Below, piece by piece: positions 36,359 through 51,015 of a DNA stretch of 51,612 nucleotides. This DNA comes from Octopus bimaculoides (lineage: Eukaryota): contig NC_068983.1 in the NCBI RefSeq assembly GCF_001194135.2, positions 139,667,786-139,719,397 of the forward strand, in the 5' to 3' direction. Numbering within the stretch: position 1 is the first letter of the stretch; each line of letters begins with the position of its first letter. The notes under the pieces are model-generated. The model made no database searches. It saw only the letters and a list, made by a program, of their open reading frames with translations, and was not told where the DNA came from. The position numbers were made by a program, and so were the translations under genes.

Positions 36359-37918
36359 TCACTCTAAGACATATCAAAAGCTTTCTGTTTTAGATTTTAA
36401 TCCACATTTCAGCCCGTATCGAGTAGAACTCTGTTCTAAACTTTTCAGGTGGAATTTAAACACGTTTATTTCAAAAATATACATTGATTCAATGTTTCCA
36501 TCTTGTAAAAATGTAGACCGTATTTTCTTTATCTGATTCATCGTGCCTATAGTGAAAGACACATTAATCTCGATGACCCTGATCTTTACATTAGATATTA
36601 TATCTAGCTTGAATATATCTAATATTTAAAGGGTTGAATTTCAAGTGGAATTGGCCGCTATTTCTAAAACTTCACGATACTTTTATTTGAGACAAAAAGG
36701 CGAGCGTTGCTAGTTCTTTCTTATTTTAATTATTTGCAGTCTGAATATAACAGAAATAAAATTGTTATAAACAAGAGAAATCTGAAATATATTCATCGAT
36801 CATTTAGTCTGCAACCAGACAGATTTCATTTCCTGAATATTATCTTAAACGGTTGTTATGAAACAAGACGATATGTCTTGGAAATATCTAATAAGAAACA
36901 TATAGCCGTGAGTTGTTCTCGTAACATTCAAATGTTTCTCCTTCTAACTGAGATGGTCTACCGTATTCAGTAGAATTCCTTGCAATGACAGACAGTTAAT
37001 CAAGTTAGTAAGTACAATAATTAAATGATAAACATTTGAAACGTCTGCCTTCGTAAAAATATTGAATATATATTTGTCAAAGTCTGTATTGTAAATGAAC
37101 TCATTTTTCTGAGCAATAACAACTAGAAGAATGATGTTTATGAAATAAATTAGATGCTCTAAGGAACAGATAGATGTAGAATACATAACAACCACAGGAG
37201 TACTTAAGATAATCTGATTGAATTTAATATATATAAAGTGTAATCTTGGGAACATATTATCGTTAATCGCATTTAATTGAGCAGTGAGTTTGCAAGGTAA
37301 ACTGCCGACTACCTATTCTTTATAGAACATTGAAAACAAACCATTTCAAAATATTTCTCTTCGGGTAACTATTTTGAACACCATTCAAAATAAAAACTGA
37401 GTAAACCGATGTAAACTCAATTGTTTCCGTTTTGAGAGATGCTATTTGTCATTAATATATTATATGGTAAACTAAGCGAGATATGATCATTCCACTTATG
37501 TAGGCTGCTAAATAGAAATGCTTAATGTACTTGGCTTTCAAATTTATTCATAACATATTTGTATAGCTTCAATTCATTCAAAACTAGTCACTTCATATCA
37601 TAACTTAGTTTTCAGCAATTCCTTATTTTTTTCAAGAAAACATGCAAATAATATTTCATATATATTAAAGTTTGGTGTTGTTGGATTTCTCCATAATTTG
37701 TTTTTGATGCACAGCTGTATAATTTGTCATTCCACATTATTATAGAGTGCTAGATTTCTGTGTAAATATCTGGCGCTACACTAATGGGCGAATTAGACAC
37801 ACGAAGCTGACAGTTATATTTAATGCTTACATGTGTGTATATTATTAATTAGGTACAATGAGCATTTAGATATTATACATGTGTGGACACATACAGACAT
37901 ATGTATTTGTCTGTTTTA

Positions 37919-37967
<49 letters not shown>

Positions 37968-39189
37968 NNNNNNNNNNNNNNNNNNNNNNNNNNNNNNNNN
38001 NNNNNNNNNNNNNNNNNNNNNNNNNNNNNNNNNNNNNNNNNNNNNNNNNNNNNNNNNNNNNNNNNNNNNNNNNNNNNNNNNNNNNNNNNNNNNNNNNNNN
38101 NNNNNNNNNNNNNNNNNNNNNNNNNNNNNNNNNNNNNNNNNNNNNNNNNNNNNNNNNNNNNNNNNNNNNNNNNNNNNNNNNNNNNNNNNNNNNNNNNNNN
38201 NNNNNNNNNNNNNNNNNNNNNNNNNNNNNNNNNNNNNNNNNNNNNNNNNNNNNNNNNNNNNNNNNNNNNNNNNNNNNNNNNNNNNNNATATATATATATA
38301 TATATATATACATAAGTTATGATTTACGTCATGATGGCGCATGAAATGTATGCTCTGATTTGTATTTGTACACAATGAAAACGTAATGCTTGATTTTGTT
38401 TTTCCCAAACTGGAAGCATACAAGCTTTATGTCTGAATTATATTGCCATATTGCCATATTAGCAGAGGGAAACAGAACACATTCAAATATTAAATTTCAT
38501 TTATATTAATTCACAGACATTTTAAGAAAATTCAACATTTATTTTCTCTAGCTAGACTTCAACAACAGCAACAACAGAAACAAAAGCAAATCGAACGACA
38601 ACTAAATCAACAACATCAGCAACATGCCTAGCACGTAATTACTCCTGAATGCTAACATAATTGATGACCTATTGAACTCCATAATAAACTGCCTTTCACA
38701 GTCCAGTTATCAATATTCCTCATTTCTTTCATATACCAAAACAGACTAAACATCATCGCGTTCTACAGCTATTACTATTACTACTACCACTACCTACCAA
38801 CCAACCAACCAACAACAACAATAACAACACGGTCAGCCATCACAACCACTCCTCAACACTAGCACAATTGATGAGCAATTAAACTACACAATGACTAGTT
38901 CTCCACAGTCAAGCTGCACAAAATTTCTACTCTCACTGAATAAAACAAAAAAAAGATCGACTATCGCCATTGTCAACCTATTCTACTACTACTAAAGTTA
39001 ATACAACAACTACTCCAATTAATGAAGAATCAACCCTCATTACGACCGCCCCTCCACCAGCTTCATGATAAATTTGTTAGCATAAATTGAATAAAATCTC
39101 TGAAGGCACAAATCACAAAAATATGCCACAGCTTTCAAGGTGTACAATTAGTACGAGCGACTTTAGTCAACGTATACGATTGTGTTGGT

Positions 39190-39345
39190 CTCATTTTCAG
39201 AGGGCCTCAGTTGTCATTGGCTAAAGAAATCAAAAGTATAAAGAGATACCTAAAAAAAAAAGCATTCGATAAACTCCTAACGATGATGCCGGACCAGACA
39301 AACGCACTCCGGTAAGATCAGTTGCTTCAAACTCTATCATACCTC
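39190..39345 (+). mobile_element. CR1-group LINE extreme 3' remnant
   Basis: FRGPQLSLAKEIKSIKRYLKKKAFDKLLTMMPDQ followed by ASNS; parallels the C-terminal FK..LD....IPD segment of the 2425-4945 LINE. Confidence 0.5.
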
Positions 39346-39495
39346 ATAAAGTGACAACAAGACTGAAGGGAAATAAATTAAGGCGGCGTTCCAAAATAGT
39401 TGCAGTCTTACGACTGAAAACATTGAAAGAAGAATAAAATGTTAGCATACTTTAGATTGTCTCTGTAGCTAATCAAATACATATGTGTGCGTTAG

Positions 39496-39545
<50 letters not shown>

Positions 39546-40425
39546 NNNNNNNNNNNNNNNNNNNNNNNNNNNNNNNNNNNNNNNNNNNNNNNNNNNNNNN
39601 NNNNNNNNNNNNNNNNNNNNNNNNNNNNNNNNNNNNNNNNNNNNNNNNNNNNNNNNNNNNNNNNNNNNNNNNNNNNNNNNNNNNNNNNNNNNNNNNNNNN
39701 NNNNNNNNNNNNNNNNNNNNNNNNNNNNNNNNNNNNNNNNNNNNNNNNNNNNNNNNNNNNNNNNNNNNNNNNNNNNNNNNNNNNNNNNNNNNNNNNNNNN
39801 NNNNNNNNNNNNNNNNNNNNNNNNNNNNNNNNNNNNNNNNNNNNNNNNNNNNNNNNNNNNNNNNNNNNNNNNNNNNNNNNNNNNNNNNNNNNNNNNNNNN
39901 NNNNNNNNNNNNNNNNNNNNNNNNNNNNNNNNNNNNNNNNNNNNNNNNNNNNNNNNNNNNNNNNNNNNNNNNNNNNNNNNNNNNNNNNNNNNNNNNNNNN
40001 NNNNNNNNNNNNNNNNNNNNNNNNNNNNNNNNNNNNNNNNNNNNNNNNNNNNNNNNNNNNNNNNNNNNNNNNNNNNNNNNNNNNNNNNNNNNNNNNNNNN
40101 NNNNNNNNNNNNNNNNNNNNNNNNNNNNNNNNNNNNNNNNNNNNNNNNNNNNNNNNNNNNNNNNNNNNNNNNNNNNNNNNNNNNNNNNNNNNNNNNNNNN
40201 NNNNNNNNNNNNNNNNNNNNNNNNNNNNNNNNNNNNNNNNNNNNNNNNNNNNNNNNNNNNNNNNNNNNNNNNNNNNNNNNNNNNNNNNNNNNNNNNNNNN
40301 NNNNNNNNNNNNNNNNNNNNNNNNNNNNNNNNNNNNNNNNNNNNNNNNNNNNNNNNNNNNNNNNNNNNNNNNNNNNNNNNNNNNNNNNNNNNNNNNNNNN
40401 NNNNNNNNNNNNNNNNNNNNNNNNN

Positions 40426-40760
40426 TAATCCACCAATAGAAGGTATGTCGGAAGAAAGTAATTCAACAACGCGGGTTGATGAACCGTAAGACGTGTGGCC
40501 AGAACCTCATGGAAAATAACCATAGCGAGGGACATTCCACAGTTGAATTAGAACAGTCACAAACAGTGAAAGAAGACATGCGCCCAACACCAGAGCTGAA
40601 GACACCTCCGAAAGGAGGGGGTCCCGCCACGTCAAAACGGTAGAGGAGTAGGGGCCGAAACCGGACGTGGTTCCTCCTGATGATGTCTTGAGCTAACTGG
40701 ATCCTATAAAGGAGCTGTTGTGGTAGCAGACCACGAAACATGGTTGAAATTCCTCCTGTA
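40426..40760 (+). mobile_element. GC-rich element end emerging from a gap; possible Penelope-like 3' region with tandem hammerhead-like cores
   Basis: 67 open codons at 40440-40640; CTGAAGA 40596, GAAAC 40657, CTGATGA 40677, GAAAC 40735; hairpins CCTCC-GAAA-GGAGG and GTGGT-AGCAG-ACCAC. Family assignment is inference. Confidence 0.35.
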
Positions 40761-41297
40761 TGTGTGTGCGTGTGCGTGTATATGTATGTGATGTGTACAC
40801 CTGCCTATATATTTTATTACGTCCCTTGGAAATAGCGATATACACAATCAGGTTTTAGAAGTCAATAAAGTCAATAATACATATGTTACAGGGCAAAGCG
40901 TCAATCAAATACAAAGCAGTGATAAGAAATGTGAATAACAAAGAAATAAGAGATTATATCATGAACTTCAATTTGCCTACAGTTGTTTCTGCTATGAGAT
41001 GCAATGCACGCATAATTGAGTGCGTTTGTATCAAACTATACCTTCATCGGGGCTCCCTCAAATGGAGATGGCGTTTGCACTCATTGTCAAAAAATAAGTG
41101 AAATGCATCATATAGCAAAAAAAAAAATGCAGCACCATACTCTGATGAAGATTATGACAAATTAGTCATCATTCCCTTGCCATTTTCATTTCTTCTTACT
41201 ACTGTGTACGTACGTATACACACACACACACACACACACACAGACACACACACACACACACACAACACACGCACACACACATACACACACCCACACC

Positions 41298-41332
<35 letters not shown>

Positions 41333-41887
41333 TACATTGTGTAACAATTTCTTCTCTATTGGTCTTTGGTCAGCAATTGTTATTTATTTAACGAGGAAAA
41401 CAGAAAAATAAAAGGAAGATGAAAATCTATAATTGTGATAATACTTGTGAACATTATAGGAACACAACGTATAGGTTAAGAGAAAAAGCTTGCAGATAAA
41501 TTGTAGTAGCTTGTACCACGCTTGAGCCTGGTTTCGTTGCTTAGTAGCTGAGAGAGAACTCTTACTCGAATCGCAATGCAAGCATAATTTTATACGAAGA
41601 AACTAAGGGATGGAAAACGCATAATAATTTGGTTTTGCTTCAGGTTTTCTATGATATATTGTTTTACAGCTATGGTGAGTACTTTAATAGTTTTATTTGA
41701 AAATGTAGATCTAAGTAATTTGTCACGTTCTGTAAAGAACAAGCAGGAGGATGGTCAGGCGTAAGAGAACGGCACTGTTTCGCAGTATTTCACGCGATGA
41801 GGAAAAATTACGTGAGTAGACTTCTATATATTGAGTCATTATATAGTATCAGATATGACTGGTATCTTTACCGTTCTTATATCAATT

Positions 41888-42255
41888 TATTCTTTTATTT
41901 GTTTCAGTTATTTGACTGCCGCCATCCTGAAGCACCTCCTTTAGTCGAGCAAATCGACCCCAGGACTTATTCTTTGTAAGGCTAGTACTTATTCTATCTT
42001 TTTCCGAACCGCTAGGTTACGAGGATGCAAACACACCAGCATCAATTGTCAAGCGATGCTTGGGGGACAAACACAGACACACAAATACACACATACACAC
42101 ATACATATATATACACGACGGGCTTCTTTCAGTTTCCGTCTGCCACATCTACTCACAAGGATTTGGTCGGCCGAGGCTATAGTAGAAGACACTTGCCCAA
42201 TGTGACACGCAGTGGGACTGACCCTAGAACCATGTAGTTAGTAAGCTTACCACTC
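41888..42255 (-). mobile_element. SINE family A, near full length
   Basis: TTTGTTTCAGT.ATTTGACTGC, TTTAGTCGAGCAAATCGACCCCAGGACTTATTCTTTGTAAG, ACGACGGGCTTCTTTCAGTTTCCGTCT, GAGGCTATAGTAGAAGACACTTGCCCAA. Confidence 0.85.
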
Positions 42256-43539
42256 AGTTCATGTTATACATCAGAAATGTATGATTGTGAAATATATGAG
42301 ATTGTTTTTATTTAAACATAATTTCTCAGTAAACCTATATCAATTTAACATTTCGGAAACGAACTGTTTGACAAATTAGGCATGTATTTATGCTCATTCA
42401 TGATATATTTTCCACATAAAGTATTCTTGAGAGGAATTATAAAGCTATGGCAATGTTTGTCTAAAATTTCAAATAAGGTCAGCGATACGCTCTCATAAGG
42501 ATTAATTTAACGTGAGCTTTCATTGTTTGATGTACTGAAATCAGAAATGTTTTAAGGATACATAAATACTAAAATGTTTTTAAATGTCAGAAAAATTAGC
42601 AGAACCAAATAATCATAAAGGAAAAAATTGAGTTTCTATTTACTAGTTACTGGTCATGATTGTAGGATCTCTGGATACTCCTGAATATATAAACGGGTTT
42701 GATAAAATCTGTAGTGAGTCAGTTAAGATACGGTTTTTTTTTTCTGTAGCTGAGTAATAACTTATTTGGGAAAGATTTACAATTGACAGGTTGTAGGTTT
42801 AATGATACGTATTTACGTTTGGCTGTTCTATTTAAGCTAGGAATGATAATACCATGCACTGGTGTAAATATAATTGGTTTTATTTAGAGGTAAGCTTCAA
42901 AACTTTCATAACAATAACCTGAGTTCGTAAAGTTGCTTCATTTATATAAAACGTATAACTCTACAACAAACTGGAGAAAATATATGTAGTAATTTCTTAC
43001 TTTAATGATGTATTCTCTGTTATATATATTGCCATATGCTATAATATTACTCACCTTATTAATAGCACTTAATTTTTATTTATCAAACTATTGTGTTCAA
43101 TTGTACCCAAACTAATTAAATGAAGATCTGGAAATGTGTAACATACATGTAGCAATAAACATATTCTTTTGAGTAATAAGCATGGAGTGAAATAATGAAG
43201 AATTATTTTTGCATTGGAAACGGAGAAAAATATATAGTATGCTTCCAAAAGATTTAATTTCCATATAAATTTCTGAAAGCTTTGATCCGGAACCTCTTTA
43301 ATGATTATAGTTGATAATATACTAGATTTGCATATACATTTCCATAGACAAAGAAATATTTTAATATACAATTTCCTATACGCATTCACATATTTCTTCG
43401 TGGAGGGGCAAATGTGCATAAATATCTAATCACTATGTCTTTCTTCTCTTGTTGTTATGCACACAGGCACGCGCGTAATTACGCACGCATGCACACACTC
43501 ACGCCGCACACATATATATAATTTTGTCATTGTGTAACA

Positions 43540-43615
43540 GGTTTCATACTTGCCCAAGTTGTCTCGCTATGGGATTGAACCACTAGCGAAGCAAAGATCT
43601 TACTACAGAGTTATA
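43540..43615 (-). mobile_element. SINE family A head remnant
   Basis: ACTTGCCCAAG...GGGATTGAACC...AGCGAAGC...CTTACTACA resembles the family A head. Confidence 0.35.
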
Positions 43616-46136
43616 CACACACACATGTATATACTAGCGATATAAGTTGCATACACTTTTAGAAATAATGGTAAATGTTTCGCATCCTGCAAGTGCAATA
43701 AATTAGCGCGGCGGGGAAAATCTGTAAAGGGCTCAAACTAATGACGCTTTGAGATGTCTGGAATGAAGGTATGCACAAAATTGTATTTGTGAGTGTGTAA
43801 TATACATACATGTACATAAATAGTAATGAAATACACGTTTATTTAACCGAAGTGTTGTGCAGCGTCTTCCATATCAATGGAAATCTATTCACACATGCGT
43901 TTGCACATATGCACACTGCTACATATTCATCTATTCACAGATCCCAATAATTTTCTTGGCAATATTGAAAAAACCTTGCCTCTTTGTTAATGATCAGCTA
44001 GAAATCTGCGAGCAGTTAATAAATAAATTCCAAAGGAACTTAAACACGTTGATTCAAAATTACATACAAATTCAAAATTATATGAATCTATAATAAATCT
44101 GCTGTGCTGTAATTGAATAGTTTGTAATATGTTCTTGCTGACGTTTCAAGTTCCTGATCAAAAGTGACCGGGACCAAATCTTTGCAGATGTAAATAATAG
44201 CAAAAGTGATGAATATTTAGATTTATCACTAAATGAATAACTGTCGTTGTCGTTGAAATATTTTGGTTACATAAACATTTGTATGAAAAAAGAAAAGAGA
44301 CAGATAGGGATAATTTCCTTACAGTGATGCAAGTTCTTTAGTAGAAATATAATTTATGAAAATAAAATGCGTAATGGAAATCTTGTGACATAATAGTTTA
44401 TAAGACACATCATATACAGTTCTTATAGTTTTTGTCTTATTTGCACCTTAGATACAATGGAGGCCTTTAGCAATCGTCTCAATATGTTACTAACATTTAT
44501 TTGACTACGTGTAAGCATTAAATGTATGTAGACGTCAAGAAATATCGTATATACTTAATGATCTAACTCGAAACGTATCTATTTCTATAATATTAATTTA
44601 GATTTAGCCAGGTTCACTTTACAGCTGCTCGTCGTATCCACTACCACCCATAATAAAACAACTATAAATTTTCTAAGGTTTTCAAGTCTGTGTCAGATGT
44701 ATTAAGTATAAATAGTTCCATGTTCTTAATTCTACAGAGGATGCATATATCGTATGTAACAGCAAGTATTATAAATAATTTGTGATTTTAAGCTACTATT
44801 TTAAACTCTTAATCTCAAACCACATGTAAGTTGATACGAATACCTGAAATGCGGAGGTTTATTACCGATCGATAAAGTACAGTAAACGACTACATCACTG
44901 AGTGACCTATCTTAAGTTCATTTTCCGCAAATAAAAGAGATGATTTCAGAATATTCCACTCGTCTTTTCGTAATAAATCGTTGCCTACATCCAGGAAAGG
45001 AACTGTTTATATATTTAAACTTACATACTCTGTCATTAAAGAAATAAAACTAATGAAGCCAGTGCTGACAAAGCTAATTGCATGACACAGTTCATAGTCT
45101 CAGAAAATTAAAAACATCATGGTTTTCCTCATAAGTTGAATCACCGTCACATGTTTATATTTAAAGATTACAGACTAAATAACATATCATGATTTATGTC
45201 TTTTAACAATAATGTGTAAACATTTCAGAATACTATTAATTTCAGTTTTAGTGTCGAAATGAAAATCTTAATTTTTCGTTAATAATATACATTGATAATT
45301 TCAACAGACCAGAGTAACTCTCTTTGAAATGTCTCAATAGAAGAAAATAGTTGCAGGGCTTCACCAGAACTCAAAGAAAAGACGTCATTCAAAACGTCTA
45401 GGAATGTTTACAGTGTGAATATAGATAACTAATAGGAAATTCTACATGCTTTTATTTTATATCTTGCATATTTTGCATTTTAAAATTTTCCTCCGGCTAC
45501 TAAGTTGTGTGACCTTTCTCAACTAATGGACATTATTTATAAGTGTTAGCGTATTGCAATGTGTTTGCTGATTTGTACAGAACAAGGATGCTTGTAGTAG
45601 AAGTATTGACAATCTTTATTAAACGATACTCTCAGATTTTGGTTACTTACGTTATAGTCTGACATATATTCTGAACATTTGCAGGTTTACACATATATTT
45701 TCACATGCTCACACACACACACGCACGCATACACACACGCACACACATACACACACACACACAAACACATACACATGCACACACAAACACAGACATAAAC
45801 GCATATACATATGTATTTATATATATATATTATACACGTATATAGAGTTTGTACTTATATTTTTAGTGAATAAATGTATATGCATGTATGTATATAAGGG
45901 GGCGGAATTCACCGAAAACAAAAGACGAAGACAGGTGGTGTGGCCTATAAATTCCATACGCCCTTGGTTTTGTTGTTCAATATTATTTAACATATACATG
46001 CTCAAATAGACGAGCATTGGATTGCTCACTTATAGTATCATCATACCGAGAGTTTAACCATCCGTAGCACTTACATAGCCTTGCCTGCCACCTTGCACCT
46101 CCCAAATATATGTATGTATGTATGTATATATATATA

Positions 46137-46681
46137 CTCTTTTACTCTTTTACTTGTTTCAGTCATTTGACTGCGGCCATGCTGGAGCACCGCCTTTTAG
46201 TCGAACAAATCGACCCCGGGACTTATTCTTTGTAAGCCTAGTACTTATTCTATCGGTCTCTTTTGCCGAATCGCTAAGTGACGGGGACATAAACACACTA
46301 GCATAGGTTGTCAAGCAATGCTAGGGGGGACAAACACACAAACACACACACTTACATATATATATATATAGATACATATATACGACGGGCTTNNNNNNNN
46401 NNNNNNNNNNNNNNNNNNNNNNNNNNNNNNNNNNNNNNNNNNNNNNNNNNNNNNNNNNNNNNNNNNNNNNNNNNNNNNNNNNNNNNNNNNNNNNNNNNNN
46501 NNNNNNNNNNNNNNNNNNNNNNNNNNNNNNNNNNNNNNNNNNNNNNNNNNNNNNNNNNNNNNNNNNNNNNNNNNNNNNNNNNNNNNNNNNNNNNNNNNNN
46601 NNNNNNNNNNNNNNNNNNNNNNNNNNNNNNNNNNNNNNNNNNNNNNNNNNNNNNNNNNNNNNNNNNNNNNNNNNNNNGCGC

Positions 46682-46685
<4 letters not shown>
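46137..46685 (-). mobile_element. SINE family A, well conserved; head hidden in gap 46393-46677
   Basis: 3' half is near-identical to the 41888 copy up to ACGACGGGCTT; GCGCCTAT right after the gap is the reverse complement of the ATAGGCG head start seen at 27434. Confidence 0.85.
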
Positions 46686-46722
<37 letters not shown>

Positions 46723-47366
46723 CGTACACACATACAAGCACAGACACGCAAAATCACACCCAACCACTCGCACACATACACACGTACACACACGCACCTG
46801 GCTGTAGGAGCTTTGCGTATAACCGAATGTATATATGATTCTTCAAACACTTAGTTCATTGCCAGACGTAACTTTCCACTACTAATATAAATGAGTCAAT
46901 CAATCTCGATTGGTTTTTCTGTTTCTTTTTTTTTTCTTTAGAACTTGATTACATTTTGTGAATCGCGGTTAATGGAATTCGGAATTTGCTAAATTAAGTT
47001 TGCTTTGCTTCTGGTGTCCCATTTATTTGAGGAAGCACTATTGTGAACTTCGTAAGATTAATACATTAATTTAAGCGTGGCTAATTTTCTAGCGTTGCAA
47101 TTTACTCCCAGTGACATCTGCTTGCACATGTAAGTTTATTATAAGTTCACAGAAAAAAGAATCACCTACATATGTATACACACATACACTCACACACACG
47201 CACACACACGCACATACATTTGAATAGACACATATATACATATATATTTACATGCATGCATACATATATACACACATACATACAAGTACAGGTGTATACA
47301 CAAAAACACATACACGTATGTACGTAAATATATCTATATATTTACATATATATGTGCATTTATAAT

Positions 47367-47401
<35 letters not shown>

Positions 47402-48919
47402 GTGTGCGTGTGTGTGTATGTATGTATGTTAATTAAATATGGCTACAAAGCAGCCCTAGTAATCTGTTACAGCACTTACCAGCGTACCTAATCGTTTAGA
47501 TTATCTGTGAAATAAACCCCCATATCCTGTATATATATATATGTACATATGTACAATTACCTATATAAATGTGTGTATATATATGCACATATGATATGAT
47601 AACCGTTTGAATACTTGCATCTTCCAAACCTGTTTCTCTTGGTAGTGTGCATTTTCGAAGGTTATTAAACTCTACTGACAAAGAGTTTTGCCAGCTAGGA
47701 TGATTTGTTTCTTATATTTGACGCGTAAAATAATTTTGGCTTCACCTTTTATTTCATTATTTACTTCCCGTCCGTGTTATAATCTCATGAGTGTATAATG
47801 ATATAATATCAACTTTTAACTACACATGAAATTGAGGAAATAATTACTAGAGTTAGTGACAAATATATCTGACTCGTCATTGCGAGACGCATATGAATTG
47901 CAAGCAATATTTTTTTGTTTTTTTTTATGCAAAACGTATCTCAAATTTAACCACATGTATATTCAAATGCATATATACACAATGTCTCTGCTGAGATTTA
48001 TAAAGGCTGCTTAATTGTCAATGAGATGAGAAGCAGATACAATGATGGTCAAACCGATCCCTCTATTTTTGTCCTCGGGACGATTGCACGAAAAATGCTT
48101 CTTACTGTACTCAGGAGTGTAGAAATCATTTTTCTGCTGCTCGGAGATCGATGCATTAATTAAAGAGGCCCGATAGTAATGCTGTGTTGGATGACTGTTC
48201 TGTGAAACACAAGACGTGGTCATGGTGTTAACATCAATCTCTATTACTAGCTAATGAAGCACCACGCCCTGGCAAATTATATGAGGGTGTAAAGCCTGAA
48301 ATTCGATAACAACATTCTACATTGTAATAAGATGTTACCTCACGCTTTAGCTATTTGTACGCAAACCGAAGATTATTTCGCAGTGGTGTGTGCTTGCATG
48401 AATGTACGTATGTATAGATGAGCATATACAAGCACGCACATTCAAATATTTACATAAAGTGCATATAATTGTATGTATGTATACGAGTATAACATTCATT
48501 AAATGAAGATCTAACGTATAATGCGTGTTCAAGTGTGCACTGTCTGTTTGTAGTGATATTTAATAAACATACTTCTGAACAAGACAATAACTTCACAATA
48601 AGGTTGAGGGATTGAAACTATTATTTACGTGTTTGACAATTTAGTTATGCCGTAGACATGTATGATCGTATATGCAATATATCAAATATATGTTATAGAA
48701 TAGGAAATGAAACTCGAAACTAATTACTTTATTGCATTTTATATACTAATATTCTATTTCTATGTATTAATTATATATATATATAGTGAGAGAGAAAGAG
48801 AGATTTGCATGCGTACGCACACCCTCTGTCTTTCAACCACTCACCCTCGCAAACATACACACGCAAATACATACGCATGCACACACACACACTCACACAC
48901 ACACACACACACATACACA

Positions 48920-48953
<34 letters not shown>

Positions 48954-49586
48954 AGGGAAATCTATCTGATATATCTCAGATATAGGTAAGTTCTTACATT
49001 ATACAGTATATAAATTATGCCTAGAACCATGATGCAACAAAATACATCGAAGAGAAGAAAAAATGCCTTTGAATATAAGGATATTCTTCAATTACAGTTT
49101 GAAATGTCTTCATTAATGAAACGGAAATAAACAACACGCATATAATATCAGAACAAATTCTTGTAATAAAAATTAATTACGAAATTTCTAATTTTTGTAA
49201 TGAAGAAAAGTACAACGAATAAATATTTCATTGTAAGTAGTAGCAATATTTTTTTACGACGTTTATGATTCTATTATTGAAATATTTTATTGCCTTTTGA
49301 TTTATCTTTATAGGTCACGTGTTAACGAAGATGAAGAATATTCCAATATATTCTTGTATATAATATCAACGAAATTGACAATAACAGGTATATATTTCAT
49401 CCATATTTCCTTCATAAATACAGATGAAATTGAATGTGTGTTGATGGAATTGCACGAGATTAGATTCATATAGAAAAAAAAAACAGATATATATGCGCGA
49501 GTGTATGTGCGAGTGTGTGCATGTGTCTGGGCATGTCTGTCTGTTTGTCTGTCTTTCTTTCTCTCTTGTTATCTCTCTCTCGCGAC

Positions 49587-49700
<114 letters not shown>

Positions 49701-50909
49701 ATGCCTGTCTATTTATTTGCATGTATGTTTATATGTATGTATAAACATGTGTGTGTGTGTGTGTATCGCTAATTGTAGTAAATAGAAATACTTAAAATTT
49801 CAAAATATGAACCAAGCATATTACTTTCACAAAGTATATATCCACATGCATACTAATACACTCATCAAAGAATATATATGCTTTATAATAAAAAGTATAT
49901 GAACAGATCTGTGTGATTTAAAGAATATATCAGCCACGATATTTTCAAAAATCTCCGTAGGTTTATTCATGTAGGAAGCTCATATAGAAACCACAAAACT
50001 TGTGAATTCCTAATGTTTTATTTGATAGAGTTAGTTTGCACCTTTTTTTTTTATAGTAGGTATCTACAGATTGTGTTTGTAAACACAGTATTAAGTGAGT
50101 GAAACATTTACCAATCTAGCCTTTATATTCTGCTTGGTGGCTGTATATTATATTTGATTATATAAAAGTAACATTACTATAAATACAAGAATGATACTCT
50201 AGTTATGAAATACCTTCAGAGATGTTAAAGTGGAGAATGTGTAGGGATAGCAGGCTTTCTATATTTGTGTTGTATGTGATTAATATAGTCAACAGTTGTT
50301 CTCTCTATCTTATTCGGTTGATTTTCAAGCAAACTGAAACTGTGCAGGGTACCTACGCTGCCGTATAAATATCAACACCGAAAACTGTTTTTCTTGTCTA
50401 AAATAAGAGAAATATTTGAAAGTCATAACTAGTGATACACTAGACAGATTTATTGATGTCAAATGTTACAAATTCGCTACTGAAAATATAGAAAGAATGC
50501 ATTAAGAAGAAATGTTCACTAGCGTTTACATTTTATTATGCTAGTATGTAAATACGCTATTTTCACATTTGCGAAGGATTATGGGATCAGATATTATGTG
50601 ACGTTAACTATTGTCAATAAAGGGAGATCATCATCCCCATCCTGTTCAACTTACAAACTTTACATTGAAAGATGCAGGAAACACACCCCAACAATCACAG
50701 ACACGCATGCACACATAAACACCACACACACACGTACACCACACAACAATACACACACACACACACACAAATAAACATGCACGCATTTATTTAGACTGTA
50801 ATACATAAATATAAACATACACATTCATACACTTGATATGTTGTAATTCTGTGTAACGAGCGCCATTGCTTTTGGAGAAATAGAAGTCATGAGTTCAGTA
50901 TGTATTATG

Positions 50910-51015
50910 CAGCGTATGTATGTATGTATGTATGTATGTATGTATGTATGTATCTATGTATGTATGTATATATGTGTGTATGTATGGATGTATATATGTA
51001 TGTGTGTGCGTGTGT
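50910..51015. repeat. (TATG)n microsatellite, decaying
   Basis: Direct reading. Confidence 0.9.

Noticed and set aside
41500-41545. Minus-strand GAAACCA...TGGTA stem III-like motif
   Set aside because: No CTGANGA core upstream
45895-45950. GC-richer snippet GGAATTCACCGAAAACAAAAGACGAAGACAGGTGGTG next to TA repeats
   Set aside because: Resembles a recurrent repeat terminus from memory only; too short to support a call
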